Assembly: GCA_964016885.1 (NCBI GenBank)
Contig: OZ024752.1
Coordinates: 17,980,001 to 18,044,000, forward strand
Direction: 5' to 3'
Length of the DNA stretch: 64,000 nucleotides
Source of the DNA: Eledone cirrhosa
Taxonomy: Eukaryota
How positions within the stretch are numbered: position 1 is the stretch's first letter; each line of letters starts with the position of its first letter. Below, piece after piece: positions 30,201 to 44,214 of this stretch. The notes beneath the pieces were generated by a model that was not told the DNA's origin, ran no database searches, and saw nothing but the letters and a program-made list of their open reading frames with translations. The position numbers and the translations under genes were made by a program.

Positions 30201-30865
30201 CAATAGTTTTATTTTCTGTTGTTTATTTTCTGTTGTTTTTGGTGTCTGTTGTACACTGTGTGGTTCGATCTTGTTTTTATTTTTTTATCTTTTATTTTTG
30301 TTGTTGTCCATATTGGCTTCCATGGTGACGCCAATACATGCGGAGTTAGAGATAACGTTATTATTATTTGTGACTGTTTCTGTAAAAGTTATTTTTTGGT
30401 GTTGTTGTTATGGTTGTCAGTTCTTCCGTTTGTAGTTGTCTATTGTTTCATTTTTTTGTGGTTTTAGATGTCTGTTGTAAGCTGTGTGGTCCATCTTGTA
30501 AGTTGCATTTTTAGGCTTCTTGGCAAAACAAAACTTTGTTGTCACTATTTGTCCCCATAGTGACGCCTATGTAGGCAGAAGTTGCTGTAACGTTACTCTC
30601 TGCCTTTCTCTCTCTATTTTCTTCGTCAGCGTTCGCTAGCGTTGTTTCTACTAAGCTAGCCATTATCGATAGCAAAAATATTAAATTTTAAAAAAATGTT
30701 TCAAATAAAATTCCCGTCCCTGCACGGCGGAAACTGAGATTACCACTCAGCTGAAAATTCAGCCTGGGTGTTAATCTATCAAACAATATAAATTTTCACA
30801 CAATAAATTCCGTTTTTGTATAGAAAATTTTACAAAAAACTTACCGACGATCTATCCGCACGTCC
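27227..30865 (-). mobile_element. Tx1/L1-clade LINE, 5' half (ORF1 and ORF2 APE endonuclease), RT missing, degenerate
   Basis: ORF1 paralogous to 34517-36207 (VEGRKPHC...HLKASC); ORF2 MASLRVGSVNVRGL, VAVYAP, LLVGDCN, SYLDRF, YSDHK. Confidence 0.9.
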
Positions 30866-30869
30866 GATC

Positions 30870-30925
30870 GATCGATAAATAGATAGATAGCTAGATAGAT
30901 AGATAAATAGATAGATAGATAGATA
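30870..30925. repeat. (GATA)n microsatellite between two Tx1 elements
   Basis: Direct reading. Confidence 0.9.
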
Positions 30926-31142
30926 TATTTCTTTATTTACCATAAAGGCATAAAAAGAAGGAACAAATACAAAGGGGGAGTTTACATACAATCGAGTAAA
31001 AAGGGTATAAAATGAAAATAATCGAAAATAACCTAAAAAGGGAGGGGACGTGATGGGGGTTGCACACACCCCCGAAAAAGTGTGCAATCCTTTGCCCGGG
31101 GAGCACATGGAGAAGGTGCTCCCCTCTCCTTTACTTCTTTAC

Positions 31143-34100
31143 CTACAGGATGGTATACAGAGAAGGCCCATTTACACGAGCCATTCTCGCCACTATCACC
31201 CACCTTTCATAAAACTGCCTGTGGCCAAGCACCTCTCTCTCCATTCTTATCCTTCTTCCGAAGTGATATCGGAAGAAGTAGACCAGACTATGGCCAGAGA
31301 GGAAGTTGCCTGACCTCAGACCTTTCAATCGTGTCCACCAAACAACCTCTTTCAACATGGCTATTACGCACAGAAAAACCGCCTTTGCTTCCTTTGTGAA
31401 GAGGGGAGGCGGTTTGATTGTCATCACGGACTCGGCGGTCAATTGAATGGGCGCCACCCGCGACAGCAGTCGTTCGGCGTAGCCCCACAGATCAGCCACG
31501 CCCGGACATTGCACCAATGCGTGCGCAACGGTTTCTTCGTGACGCACGCATCTAGGGCAAATCTTTTTTGAGGGATCCCTGCCCGGGCGCCCGTGTCTGT
31601 AGAGCCTCTCTCGAACGGGTAGAGCCCCTCGGTAGCACTGCCAGGCCAGTGACTTCTGGAAGTTGTCCATTGGTCCTGGGCCGAAGTTCCTACCGAACAG
31701 GCTGGCCAGTTCGTCTTCTTCCATGTCCAGCGACTCTCCAAGGGTGTCATCGCCCCTGCTAGCCACCAGCCCTCTATAGAATGATGAGGTGGATTCTCCA
31801 CCGATGGCCTGGCCCGCTTGCCAGAGAGCTCTCAGCGCCTGAGCACACTCAGTGTGCCAGTCTCCCAGTTTTCCGGATCTTTGCTTGACCCAGGACTGTA
31901 GCTCGGTGAGCGAGACGAGTCTCGGAAAGGCTCGTTTCACGAACGGAGCCCACACCGGTTGACCAGTGAGGAATACCTGTAGGTGCCGTAGCCTTAATGC
32001 GTGCCTACGCATCATCAACCACGGCATCCCCAGCCCTCCTTTCGAAGGTTGTTGGCAGCAGATGGATCTTCTCACCATAGGAGGGCGCTTCTTCCAAAAA
32101 AATTGGAAGAGCATGCGTTCCATGGTGGTGAGTGTTTCCTTAGGGCAAGGCACGACAGTCAGGCGGTAGTAAGTGACGGACGATATGTAAATGATCGCCA
32201 CCTCCGCCCGGCCTTTTAGGGACAGCTTACACTTGGCCCATTTCTGGGTTAGTGCAAACACCTTGTTCGTAACCTCGTTCCAGTTCTTTTCCACCTGGAG
32301 GTCCGGTCCAAATCAGACCCCAAGCAACTTTACCGGGCCCTCCGTCCAGTGTCCGACGACACCGTCGGGAGGCATCGGTCTGCCTCTCCACGTTCCGAGT
32401 TGCAGCCCGATGGATTTTTCCCGGTTCAGTTTCGCTCCTGACAACCTTTCGTAATCCTCCAGTAAGGTACCGATCGCCTCGATCTCCGAGTCGGTCGATA
32501 CCACTACTGTTACGTCATCGGCGTAGGCCGACACCGCTTTGCTCAATCCTGGTTCCAGGGGGATACCCTGCAACAACTCCAACTTCCTCAGTAAAGGCTC
32601 GAGAGTCAATACGTACAGAAGGGAGGAGAGAGGGCACCCCTGTCGAATGGATCGTGTGATTTCGAACGGCTTCGAAAGGTAGCCGTTCACCTTGATCCTA
32701 GAACAGATGTGGCCTTAGACTGATCCAAGTTGATCAGGGCCCCACCGAAGCCGGGTTTGTTGCCAACCCTCTCTATGATGTATCGCATGAGGTGGAGGTT
32801 ATCGTGAATGGACCTGGATGGGATAGCACATGTCTGCGCATCTCCCACCAGGCCACCCACGACAAGCGCCAACCTCTTTGCTAACACCTTGGCCAAAATC
32901 TTTAACTCTGTGTTTAGCAGGGTTATGGGCCGAAAATTATTTATACTATCTCCCTTGTTCTCGTCCTTCCTCACCAGCGTGACTACGCCCTTGGCTACAG
33001 AACAAGGAATTCTCCCGTTCTGCTGCCAATTGCAGTCGACCGCTTCGAGGAGTTCGGAGAAGAAGACCGGCATTGCTAAATAAAGTTCGTAAGGTATACC
33101 ATCGAGACCTGGAGATTTGCGTCTGCTGCATTGGCTCAGCGCATCTCCGATCTCATCAGCCGAGATTGGTCCCCCGCAGGACTCTGCCTCTTCGCTCGAG
33201 AGACGCGGCAGGCCGTCGAGGTATGGACCGAAATCCACGTCCCCGCCCGGACCCCCGCCTCCCCCGAACAATCGGGCAAAGTGCCTTTGAAAGGCCTCGC
33301 ACATCTGCTTAGGCTCCCGGATCACCCGTCCATCTTCGTCTTGCAACGACCGGATGGTGGATCGATTTCCACTCTTAGCTTCTGTTACGCGGGCCCAGCC
33401 AACGGCTTTGGCCCCCTCATTACCTAGAGCACGTATTTTACTTCGAATGACGCTGCCTTCGTGCTTTGCATCGAAAAACTGGTTCAAGGCCGTCCTCGAT
33501 GCCAGCACTCTGGCCACATCTTCGCTCTTGATTGCCTCTTCTAATTTACCTGTTAATTCTTTCTCGTTTCTATTCCTATCGGCAGCTAACATCTTGCTAT
33601 AACTTATTGATTCTGTTTTAATCTCTCTTTTGAGAGATGCCCACCATCGGTTGTTGACGATTGCACCCGTCAACCTCTCCTTAACTAATCTGCTAATCCG
33701 GTTTCTGTAAGTCTCTTTTGCCGGTAAAGACAAATTAAGTTTCCAGTAACCGGGACCCTGTTTATGTGTTTTCTCGAGATTGACTACGCAGGTCACTAAT
33801 TTGTGATCCGTGTAGCCAACCATGCGCATTTCTGGACAGCTTAATATGTCTCTATCCTTACTTCTAACTAAGAATCTATCTAAGTACGATCTAGATTGAC
33901 CACTGTGGTTTCTCCAAGTCCAGGTAGGCACAGTTGGAAAATCTAGTCGATATCTATCGACCAAGTTAAAACGGTCGAGTAACCCCTTGAGGCTGTTACA
34001 CCCCCCTCTATTAGGACATGCTCCTGCATAGTCCCAACGTGCATCTAGGATGTCATTCCAATCCCCCGCTAGAAGCAGGGAACGTGACGTTCCCAGAAAA

Positions 34101-34483
34101 GTCTCTAAACGCTGGAAGAAGTCGGGCCGTTCAGCTCCGAAAGGGGAGTAGACGGCGACCAGTCTTAAGGCCGCACCTTCATTACTGTCAACGTCTAGCA
34201 CCAACAAACGACCCTCCGGGCCCGAGTGCACAACCTGTACGGCAAGACCCAGGTGTTTTTGCAGCAGTACGACAACCCCACCCCCACCTCCAGGTTGACA
34301 GAGTGATGCATGCACCTCAAAGTCATCGAAGGTAGGGGCCAGCTGCCGCACGACGCTGATCCGAGTCTCACAGATAACCATTACATTTATACCACATGAC
34401 CTGAGGTCATTTAGAAGCTTTGCTTGCTTCCAAGTCGAGCCCAGGCCACGTGCATTCAAACATCCTACTCTTAACACATCCAT
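31143..34483 (-). pseudogene. Tx1 ORF2 (APE endonuclease, RT, CCHC), disrupted by a deletion near 32700 and a stop at 32313
   Basis: CLNARGL, GDWN, SYLDRF, TDH, KSPGLDG, FRPITLLN, LDQSKA, IRQGCPLS, AYADDV, CPRC...HALVQC. Confidence 0.93.
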
Positions 34484-34516
34484 GTGGGCGGCAGAGCCAA
34501 AGGAGAGTGTAGAGAC

Positions 34517-36207
34517 CTACTTTTCCGCTTCCCGGGGTTCGGGTCGCACGACTTCCATGGGGTCGGGGGTGTTGGGTGAAGGGGTGTCTTGTGGTGGTGT
34601 GGGGTCGTCAGTGTGTGGTGGGGTTGGGGTGTTTGGAGTTGTGTTGGGGAGGGGAAGGGGAGGGGGAAAGCTTTTTAGTAGGACGCGGTTTATGGGTTTG
34701 ACAGAGGGTGGTCCTACGTCCTCCTTAAAATCCTTTTTTAGTTTTTGGTAGAGGTTCATTGGGATCTTTATTAATTTTAAATGTGGGTAGTTTTCTGAAG
34801 AAACAAAGTTTACACCTTCGGTTTGTACCGAAGGATTATTGTTTATGAGTTCATTTAATTTATTATTGTTTCTGTTGATGTAAGTATAGTGTAATGTCTT
34901 TTTTTCGGATGGTGTGAGTGTTTCGAAGAGGGGAGGGGCAGGTTTAGTTTTGTTTGTTGCTGGAGGGGTGTTTTCTGTTTTGTTGGATTGTGTTGAGATT
35001 TGGGTGGGGGTTGTTTGGCCTTGTGTGTTTTGCACATGTTTTCTTTTTTTCCTTTTAATCTGTCTGAAGGACTCCGTTTCTTCCTCCGAATTCGTTGGGT
35101 TATCTTCAGTGTTGGAGGGAAGAGGTATGTTTGCTGGTAATGTTTCCGTGTTGGTTTTCTTTGTGGGGGAGATGGATGTCACTATGTTAGACTGTGTTGT
35201 GTGTTGTGTCTGCGGTGGTTGTGTTGTTTTATTGAGTGAGGGGTTGGGTGGGCCTGTATTTTGTTTTGGGGTAATGTGTTGTGACTGTTTGTGTTGTGGT
35301 GGTGGTGTAGTTTTACTGTAGTTTTGGGTGGGACTGAGTTTTGTTGTTTGTTTATCTGTTGTGGTGGTGGTGGTGGAGCTGGTGTTGGTAGCAGGGTTTT
35401 CTTTTTGTTGAGTTGGGGACAAGCGGCCTTCAGGTGCCCTCTGCCTGCACAGATATGACAGGATGGCCTTCTCCCCTCCACGCTAATGTTTATATACCCG
35501 TGGCCCTCTAATAGGATTCTGTCGGGTATTTGGGTGATGCGTTCAGGCTTCATTTGCACTACCAGCTCTATACCTGTTCCACTGAACGCATTGCCTGTGG
35601 TTTTCTCAATGGAAATCACGTTGTCATTCACTGGATCGATGAAGCCAGCTATGAGCCAGCAGTAGTCCACATCTGGCATCATTGCATCCAGCCATATGCG
35701 TTGAGTTCTTTTACCCATATAAGATGGATAAAAGGTAAAATTTTTCGAACGAATCGGTGACAAAGCACATTTTTTTGCCGCCGATTCGTTCTTCATGATA
35801 ATTGCTAGGCTTCCATACAGTCTGTCTTTTCTTATGAAAGTGGTTTCATTAAGTACTTCTGTGAGTACTGTTTTGATATCTGCTTGAGAAGGCTGTTCAG
35901 GTTTTTTTGAAGTGTTGTTAATGGTGCGGAACACGACCGTTCGACTTTCAATGTCTTTCGTGAGTTCTTGAGGCATTTTAACCGATAAAATACCATTCTC
36001 TCCTTCACTTATGTATTGTTTGGCGTCTGTGATTCTTCGTGCCACATCTGAAATATTTTCGGGTATATATGTCAAAGATTTCTTTGTTTTTTGTGCAAAT
36101 GAAATCTTGTTGACTCTGTCGTCTGCTTTGCTTTCTGTTATGTTGTTTTCAAATGTTATTTTTGTGTTTGTTGTGTCTTTGTTTGTGGTGTTAGTATTGT
36201 CATGCAA
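34517..36207 (-). pseudogene. Tx1 ORF1 with zinc knuckle and T/P/Q-rich linker, one frameshift near 35400
   Basis: CHICAGRGHLKAAC (CX2CX4HX4C); directly upstream of ORF2. Confidence 0.85.
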
Positions 36208-36668
36208 TTTTTCAAATATTTTTTTTCCTTGTTGGAATCCATGTCCAGATTTGTGTTTTCGTCATTTTTCTCCGCAGATTCGTCTGTTTTTATTTTAATT
36301 TTTCCTTCCTTCTCTATGACGTTAGTTGGGAAGGAAGGGGGGGGGGGACTAAAGTGTGCGAGCTTACAACTCTTACCGCTGTCCCCCCACCACTATTTTC
36401 GTTCGCTTCGTTTAACATTTCTGTCTGTCAGACGATTGAAACATTTTTTTTTTTTTTTTGCCACAAAATTTTAAGAAAACAGGTTTTTCACCTCTAGGAG
36501 GGGTAAAGATGAGCTGACCCACCGTCTGACAGTTCAGACGGGGGGTCAAGCTACACAATGGTATCAAAATTAAATTTGAACTCACAACATTTCCGTAATA
36601 AATTTGAACAAAACTTCTGCGCGAAGTGAATTACATCCACACTGTAGAACAGACGACAGCTAGATTTA

Positions 36669-36702
<34 letters not shown>

Positions 36703-36892
36703 TTACGGGGGAATACCGAAACAACTGAGATATTAACAACATAAAAACGTATAAGTTACTAAAGTTCTCGAATTACCCAAATCCACTCTAAAAATACAAT
36801 AGATAATTCACTAACGAAAACGAGGTGTGGAGATAATTGAATAGATAAATGTTTCATAGTTCAACCGAAATATATATATATATATATGTATA

Positions 36893-37716
<824 letters not shown>

Positions 37717-37866
37717 TATACATATATATATATATATTTCGGTTGAACTATGAAACATTTATCTATTCAATTATCTCCACACCTCGTTTTCGTTAGTGAA
37801 TTATCTATTGTATTTTTAGAGTGGATTTGGGTAATTCGAGAACTTTAGTTCGGTATTCCCCCGTAA

Positions 37867-37948
<82 letters not shown>

Positions 37949-37959
37949 TACACGTTTTT

Positions 37960-38027
37960 ATTGTATGTAAACTTCCCCCTTTGTATTTGTCCCCTTCTTT
38001 TGTGCCCCTGTGGCTAATAAAGAAATA
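37960..38027 (+). mobile_element. Extremely 5'-truncated Tx1 3' end within (TATC)n
   Basis: Reverse-complement homolog of 30926-30992; TATC repeats on both sides. Confidence 0.75.
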
Positions 38028-38084
38028 TATCTATCTATCCATCCATTCATCCATCGATCCATCTGTCTGTCTACGTGTATGCGC

Positions 38085-38162
38085 AGAGAGAGAGAGAGAG
38101 GGGAAAATAGGGATAGAGCGCTGAGAGAGAGAGAGAGAAAGCGAGAGAGAGAAGGGGGAAAT

Positions 38163-38204
<42 letters not shown>

Positions 38205-38460
38205 GAGAGAGAGAGATGAGAGAGAGAGATGAGAGAGAGAGATGAGAGAGAGAGATGAGAGAGAGAGATGAGAGAGAGAGATGAGAGAGAGAGAGAATAG
38301 AGAGTGAATTGAGGGAGAAGTGAGAGAGAAGAGAAAGAGAAAGAGAGAGAGAGTAGAGAGGCAGTAGAGATAGAGAGGGAGTGAGTGAGGGAGAGAAAGG
38401 GGGAGAGAGAGAAAGTGAGAAAGAGAAAGAAAGAGAGAGACGGGTAGGGGGGGGGGGAGT
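38085..38460. repeat. (GA)n-rich low-complexity tract
   Basis: Direct reading. Confidence 0.9.
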
Positions 38461-38934
38461 AAATGTGGTCTCGTAGGGAGAAATATATTCGTAAACGAAT
38501 CAGGTATGTAACATGAGAAATACAAAACTGAAATATGACGACCGGCATCAATGGGCGCGGAAAATAACTCTATTAAATTATTAAATAAATGGAAGATGAT
38601 AATCTTGACAGGCCTATGGCAACGAGAAACATTTAGTGAATATTCAATGAGCAGTTTCAGTCCCTTTGGTATACAGTTATTCTGCAAGGATTCTTTACAA
38701 GGTATTTGACAGTAATGGACTTCATTTAAGTGCTTCTATTTTAGATTTTTTTTGTATTTTAAGTAAATTTAGACAAATTAAGATGTGCTATATTCGATAC
38801 ATGTATGTCTATGATATACACATATGTATGTTCTTCTGGTTTTATAATTTCACAAAGTTTTACCAATAGAGAGAGAGTCAGTTTCTAACATAGACACAAG
38901 ACTCTCTCATTGGAATTTACACATCAACTAGGTA

Positions 38935-39531
38935 GATATGTATGTATGCATGCATGTGTAGATATGGATGTTATTGTATGTGTGGATGTGGATGTTTTGA
39001 GTTGTATGTGTGCATGTGTATATGCTTTGTATCTGTACATATGTATATGCAGTTATTCAATGCAAAATTTTTGGAATGTTTTACATATTTTTACTGTTCC
39101 ATTAATGGATTGTACTTGTAGTTTCCTAACTAGTTGTGTTCTTTCTGTTCCTGTGAAGCCTAGCTTCTCAAGATTTGTATTGAGGCAGTTACTAACATAT
39201 CCCAGTGCCCCAATAATCACAGGAATAAATCTGAAGGTGTAATCAGGGTGGAGTATCTGCAGATTTCTCATCAGTTCTGCATAAATATTCTCCTTTTCAC
39301 TAATCTTTGATATTATATTGGCATCTGCTGGGCAGCTAATTTCCACTACTGTGCATGTTTTCTTCTCCCTGTCCCATATCATAAAATCTGGTCTGTTATG
39401 CCTGCATTTTATTGGGGTTTTTACTGGAACATTCCACCAGTACTCTTTCATATTATGTACATGGATGTCTTCCACATTATTGTAGCTTTTAATGTGTTTA
39501 TTATCGGGGCTATCTTTTTTACGAACTGCAT
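38935..39531 (-). mobile_element. 3' fragment of an R4/Dong-like non-LTR retrotransposon (restriction-like endonuclease, ORF stop at 39053)
   Basis: HNRPDFMIWD...VVEISCP...EKENIY...PVIIGALG. Confidence 0.85.
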
Positions 39532-39629
39532 TGTATGTATGTATGTATGTATGTATGTATGTATGTATGTATGTATGTATGTATGTATGTATGTATGTAT
39601 GTATGTATGTATGTATGTATGTATAAGTG

Positions 39630-40150
39630 TATGTGTGTATATCTATATGTGTATATCTATATGTGTATATCTATATGTATATATATAATATATATATGTA
39701 TATATATAATATATATATGTATTTATGTATATATATATATGTATGTGTATGTATATATAAATGTATATATATGTATGTGTATGTATATATATATGTATGT
39801 GTATGTATATATAAATGTATATATATGTATATATATATGTATGTATATATATGTATATATATATATATGTATGTATATATATATATATGTATATTTAGTA
39901 AGGTGTATTATTGGTTGTGCAAAACGGTCCAATAAATTTTTGTTAGCAATATTACACCAATAATACACCTTACAACATATACATATATATATACATACAT
40001 ATATATATATATACATATATATACATATATATACATTTATATATACATACACATACATATATATATATACATACATACATATATATATTATATATATACA
40101 TATATATATATATTATATACATATAGATATACACATATAGATATACACAC
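39630..40150. repeat. Inverted duplication of degenerate microsatellite around a short unique core
   Basis: gtaaggtgtattattggt / accaataatacaccttac at 39898-39973, with mirrored flanks. Confidence 0.75.
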
Positions 40151-40157
40151 ACACACA

Positions 40158-40251
<94 letters not shown>

Positions 40252-40557
40252 TGTGTAAGTATATATATATATATATATATACTTACACAGACATATACAC
40301 ATACACGCATACACGTACACAAACACTCATTGACACATATATTTATATGCACTGGCCCGAACTCGCTATTTTACTGATAGCGAGTTCGCATTTTTGGCTC
40401 GTTACATTAGATGTATGTATGTAGTGATAGAGAGACGAATTGATTACAAATTTCCAGATGGTTTGTTTAATAACTGGATGGCTGTTTATCTATTGTCAAA
40501 GCTCTTTCGTCACACATTCTGTGACCTCAGTGAGTAATTTGTTATTTGTTCTGTCCT

Positions 40558-40602
<45 letters not shown>

Positions 40603-40804
40603 TAAATCGTCTTTGTATTTGTTTTGCAAAAGATTTTATGTGAAATCATGTTATACTTTCTGCCAATCAAAATGAAGAAAAAAAAGAAGGGGTTCAAAAT
40701 AGACATTGGGGAAGGTCGCAGAATGAGTGACAAAAGAGCTTTGACAATTAAATAGGTACCCGGTTACTACACAAACGATCAATGGATTAGTGATCAAACT
40801 AAGA

Positions 40805-40995
40805 ATGATTTCCACTTTAGGTAGAAGGCCAGCAATTTGGAGGAGGGGAAATCGATTAAATCGACCTCAGTGCATTACTGGTACTTTATCTTATCGACCC
40901 AGTAAAGAACATTCGAAATCATAATGTAAAGGGCCGTAACTCTACGCGCCAAAGCATGTTGTCCGACGCTCTACCGATACTGAACATCCATCGCC
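40805..40995 (-). mobile_element. tRNA-derived SINE, internally deleted
   Basis: Reverse-complement similarity to 8748-8940. Confidence 0.8.
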
Positions 40996-41091
40996 TTAGT
41001 TACCTAATTTATAATAACACCATAGCCAAACTCAAATTATGCTTGTTTTTATTGGCAGTATAAATAAGTAAATAAATAAATATATATATAT

Positions 41092-41462
41092 ATATACAAT
41101 ATATTAACAAATGGAAACTATATTTATAAAACCATATTTATTTCATTATACATATTTCAAGGGCAACCAAGGCAGATTATGGTGAGCTTTCATCAGATAA
41201 AATATAATACAGATTAGTTTTATAAATAAATATTGACATACCCTGAAAAAATGCAACCTTAACGGTTGGAGCTTCCAGGAAGGTCCAAACGTTAAGGCTG
41301 CATTTTTTCAGGGTATGTCAATATTTATTTATAAAACTAATCTGTATTATATTTTATCTGATGAAAGCGCACCATAATCTGCCTTGGTTGCCCTTGAAAT
41401 ATGTATAATGAAATAAATATGGTTTTATAACTATAGTTTCCATTTGTTAATATATTGTATAT
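41092..41462. repeat. ~370-bp near-perfect palindrome with mirrored hammerheads (41139-41204 -, 41350-41415 +)
   Basis: Centre ~41277; tattttat-CTGATGA-aagcgcacca..tggttgccctt-GAAA-tatgta-TA-atgaaata. Confidence 0.88.
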
Positions 41463-41652
41463 TTGCTCCAATAATTTGTTGAGTGCTTTATATCAGTTAT
41501 AAAAATATTTTAGCTTGTTGTATCCCGACAAATTAAATATAACCTCTACATATATATATAACGAAGAAATTGTGGTAAGGAACCAGAAGGACCATAACGC
41601 ATCAGAGTACTCAATACTTAGGGTAGTAGAGTGGGTAATAGGAAAAGGTATG

Positions 41653-41747
41653 ACCCGACGGCAGAGCTCAAGCCGTTTCGACGGCTATTTCTGGACTAAA
41701 ATAGAATTTTTAGCCTGGTAAATAAATAGCCAAACTTATCAAGGGGT
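41653..41747 (-). ncRNA. Hammerhead with U3-A8 core and long stem II; partial copies at 42388-42464 (inverted) and 47949-48012
   Basis: acccc-TTGATAA-gtttggctattt...aaatagccgtc-GAAA-cggcttgagctctgccg-TC-gggt. Confidence 0.72.
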
Positions 41748-42472
41748 ACTTCCTTATATGGGAAGATTGTATTTGTCAAGACGATTGGTCAAAATTTGTT
41801 GTAAAGACCAATAAATCTATCATGGCATTTGGTGGGAGGTAGGGGTGGCTGAACTTGCCGGTAGAACAAAGAGGGAGTGAGTAAAGCCAGTCAGGCGTTG
41901 AAAGTGAAATCTATACAGCAGATTCTAAGGATAGTGTATGAAAAGTCGAAAAATTGTTCTGGAGAAAAGGAGGATGGGACTTTAAAGGATAGGTAAGTCG
42001 AATGGGAGTAGGAGACAATGAAAATAAAAAAAAAAATATATAAAAAATTAGATAGTGAGAAATGAATAAACAAACAAAAACAGTAGAGTCTAGAAACAGC
42101 TGCTATAATTAGTAGGTGTTGCTAGTACGGCAAAGCTATAGAAAAGTTTAATAAGTTGAGAATGGAAAATACTAAATAAGAAATAGTAGAAGTGGGTAGT
42201 GAAAAATATAGTTCAAACTTTTCAGGCGGTCTAACACAGCTGCTATAAATAGTTAGTAAAGCGTAATCAGCCAATGCTATCTTGCAATTACAGGTTAATA
42301 AGTTGAGAATAGAAAATACTAAATGGTGTTATTATTTATTATTTTTTATTCTCAACTTATTAACCTGTAATTAAAATTAACCTGTAACCTAAAAATTCTA
42401 TTTTAGTCCAGAAATAGCCGTCGAAACGGCTTGAGCTCTGCCGTCAGGGTCATACCTTTTCCTATATATATA

Positions 42473-42664
42473 TATTAATATAGATGAGATTCTACAGGAC
42501 TAGAACTGTTTCATTCTTTAGAAATCATCAGGAATTCCTGATGATTTCTAAAGAATGAAACAGTTCTATTCCTGTAGAATCTCATCTATATTAACACTTT
42601 TATACTCTGCAATGTATTGAGTACCTTACTTACTGTGGTTACCTCCGATTCAACCCGGAATAAC
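42473..42664. mobile_element. Solo pLTR end of the 20480 PLE family, with head-to-head hammerheads forming a palindrome centred on ggaattcc (42531-42538)
   Basis: 42534-42664 matches ~20912-21042; 42473-42535 is its mirror. Confidence 0.9.
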
Positions 42665-42737
<73 letters not shown>

Positions 42738-42879
42738 TAAAAAGGAAAAGAAAATGCTGACAAATTTTTCCCAGTGAAAAATAGTTTAATTAGGAATAAG
42801 TATAAATTAGTAATAAGTGTTAGTATTCAGTTTTAGTTTTAAGTTTTTACCTGTTGCGCATTTCTTATGCTTTTCAAAA

Positions 42880-43077
<198 letters not shown>

Positions 43078-43248
43078 CACACACACACACACACACACCA
43101 CACATACACACTGACACACATATATATATATAATAATACACTATATATAATTATAAACAGGAAAGGTCAGTAATTCATTACTACCTTATTACCAGTAAGA
43201 AAAATAGCTCAATGTAAATACATCAGATGTTTTACAGAGCAGGAATAT

Positions 43249-44125
43249 AAATTACACAATAATCAAAACTATGCTCAAAACATTTTATTGCTGACAATCG
43301 TTTCTTCCAAACTTTCGTTTGGAATCATCGTAACACTAGCAAAGTTTGGACATATAATTAACTTCCTATTCTACAGAACAATCATTTAAATACATGGATA
43401 TTACTGTTGTCATCAATTAATGAGGCATTAAGGTAGAAAGTTACTCGGAAAACGAGGACATTAGCAGTACATATGCAAGCGTATAGAGAGTGCAAATGTG
43501 TTAGGCATATACATGACAACTAGGTAGGAAACAAGCAATGGTACTAGGCATATATATTATAGTATGGCAAAGGTATCCCATAATAGAACACAGATTTACA
43601 AGCATAATAAGCAGACAAAGATGTTGTGTATTAAAGGTAGTTTCTATGAGTTTATGGTGGATGTAGTGTGATAATTGTTCCTGTAATGTTCATGTGTTGA
43701 GAGTATTAATATTATTGTTTTCTTTTCCATAACATTGGTTATATTTTATTTTAGTGAATCTTTATAAGAAGTTGCAGCCATGGATTGTATATTGGTCCTA
43801 TTACACTATTATCAAGGGTTCTATTTGTTCTAGAGTGATTCTTCTAATGGTTTACGCTTGCATATGTACTGCTAATGCCCTCGTTTTGCGAGTAACTTTC
43901 TACCTTAATGCCTCTTTAATTGTTATACTATTCTCTTGTAATCTCTGTAAATACGAAGCTGTTGATGACAACAGTAATACCCATGTATCTATATGATTGT
44001 TCTGTAGAATAGGAAGTTAATTATATGTCCAAATTTTGGTAGTGCTCTGATGATACCAAATGAAAGTCTGGATGAAACGATTGTCAGCAATAAAATGTTT
44101 TGAACATAGTTTTGATTATTGTGTA

Positions 44126-44130
<5 letters not shown>
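43249..44130. repeat. Diverged inverted repeat (43249-43483 / 43853-44130) with hammerheads at 43289-43335 (-, decayed core) and 44043-44089 (+)
   Basis: tgct-CTGATGA-taccaaatgaaagtctggat-GAAA-cgattg-TC-agca; the mirror has stem II ttccaaac-gaaa-gtttggaa. Confidence 0.82.

Positions 44131-44214
<84 letters not shown>

Larger units (their letters stand above)
30926..36668 (-). mobile_element. Near full-length Tx1/L1-clade LINE bounded by (GATA)n on both sides
   Basis: ORF1, ORF2, 3' UTR ending aataaagaaata-(TATC)n; (GATA)n at 36670-36700. Confidence 0.93.

Noticed and set aside
32313-32315. In-frame TGA in Tx1 ORF2 as a possible selenocysteine or readthrough codon
   Set aside because: The paralog at 24395-25693 has Trp (LLGVWFGP), so this is a simple nonsense mutation
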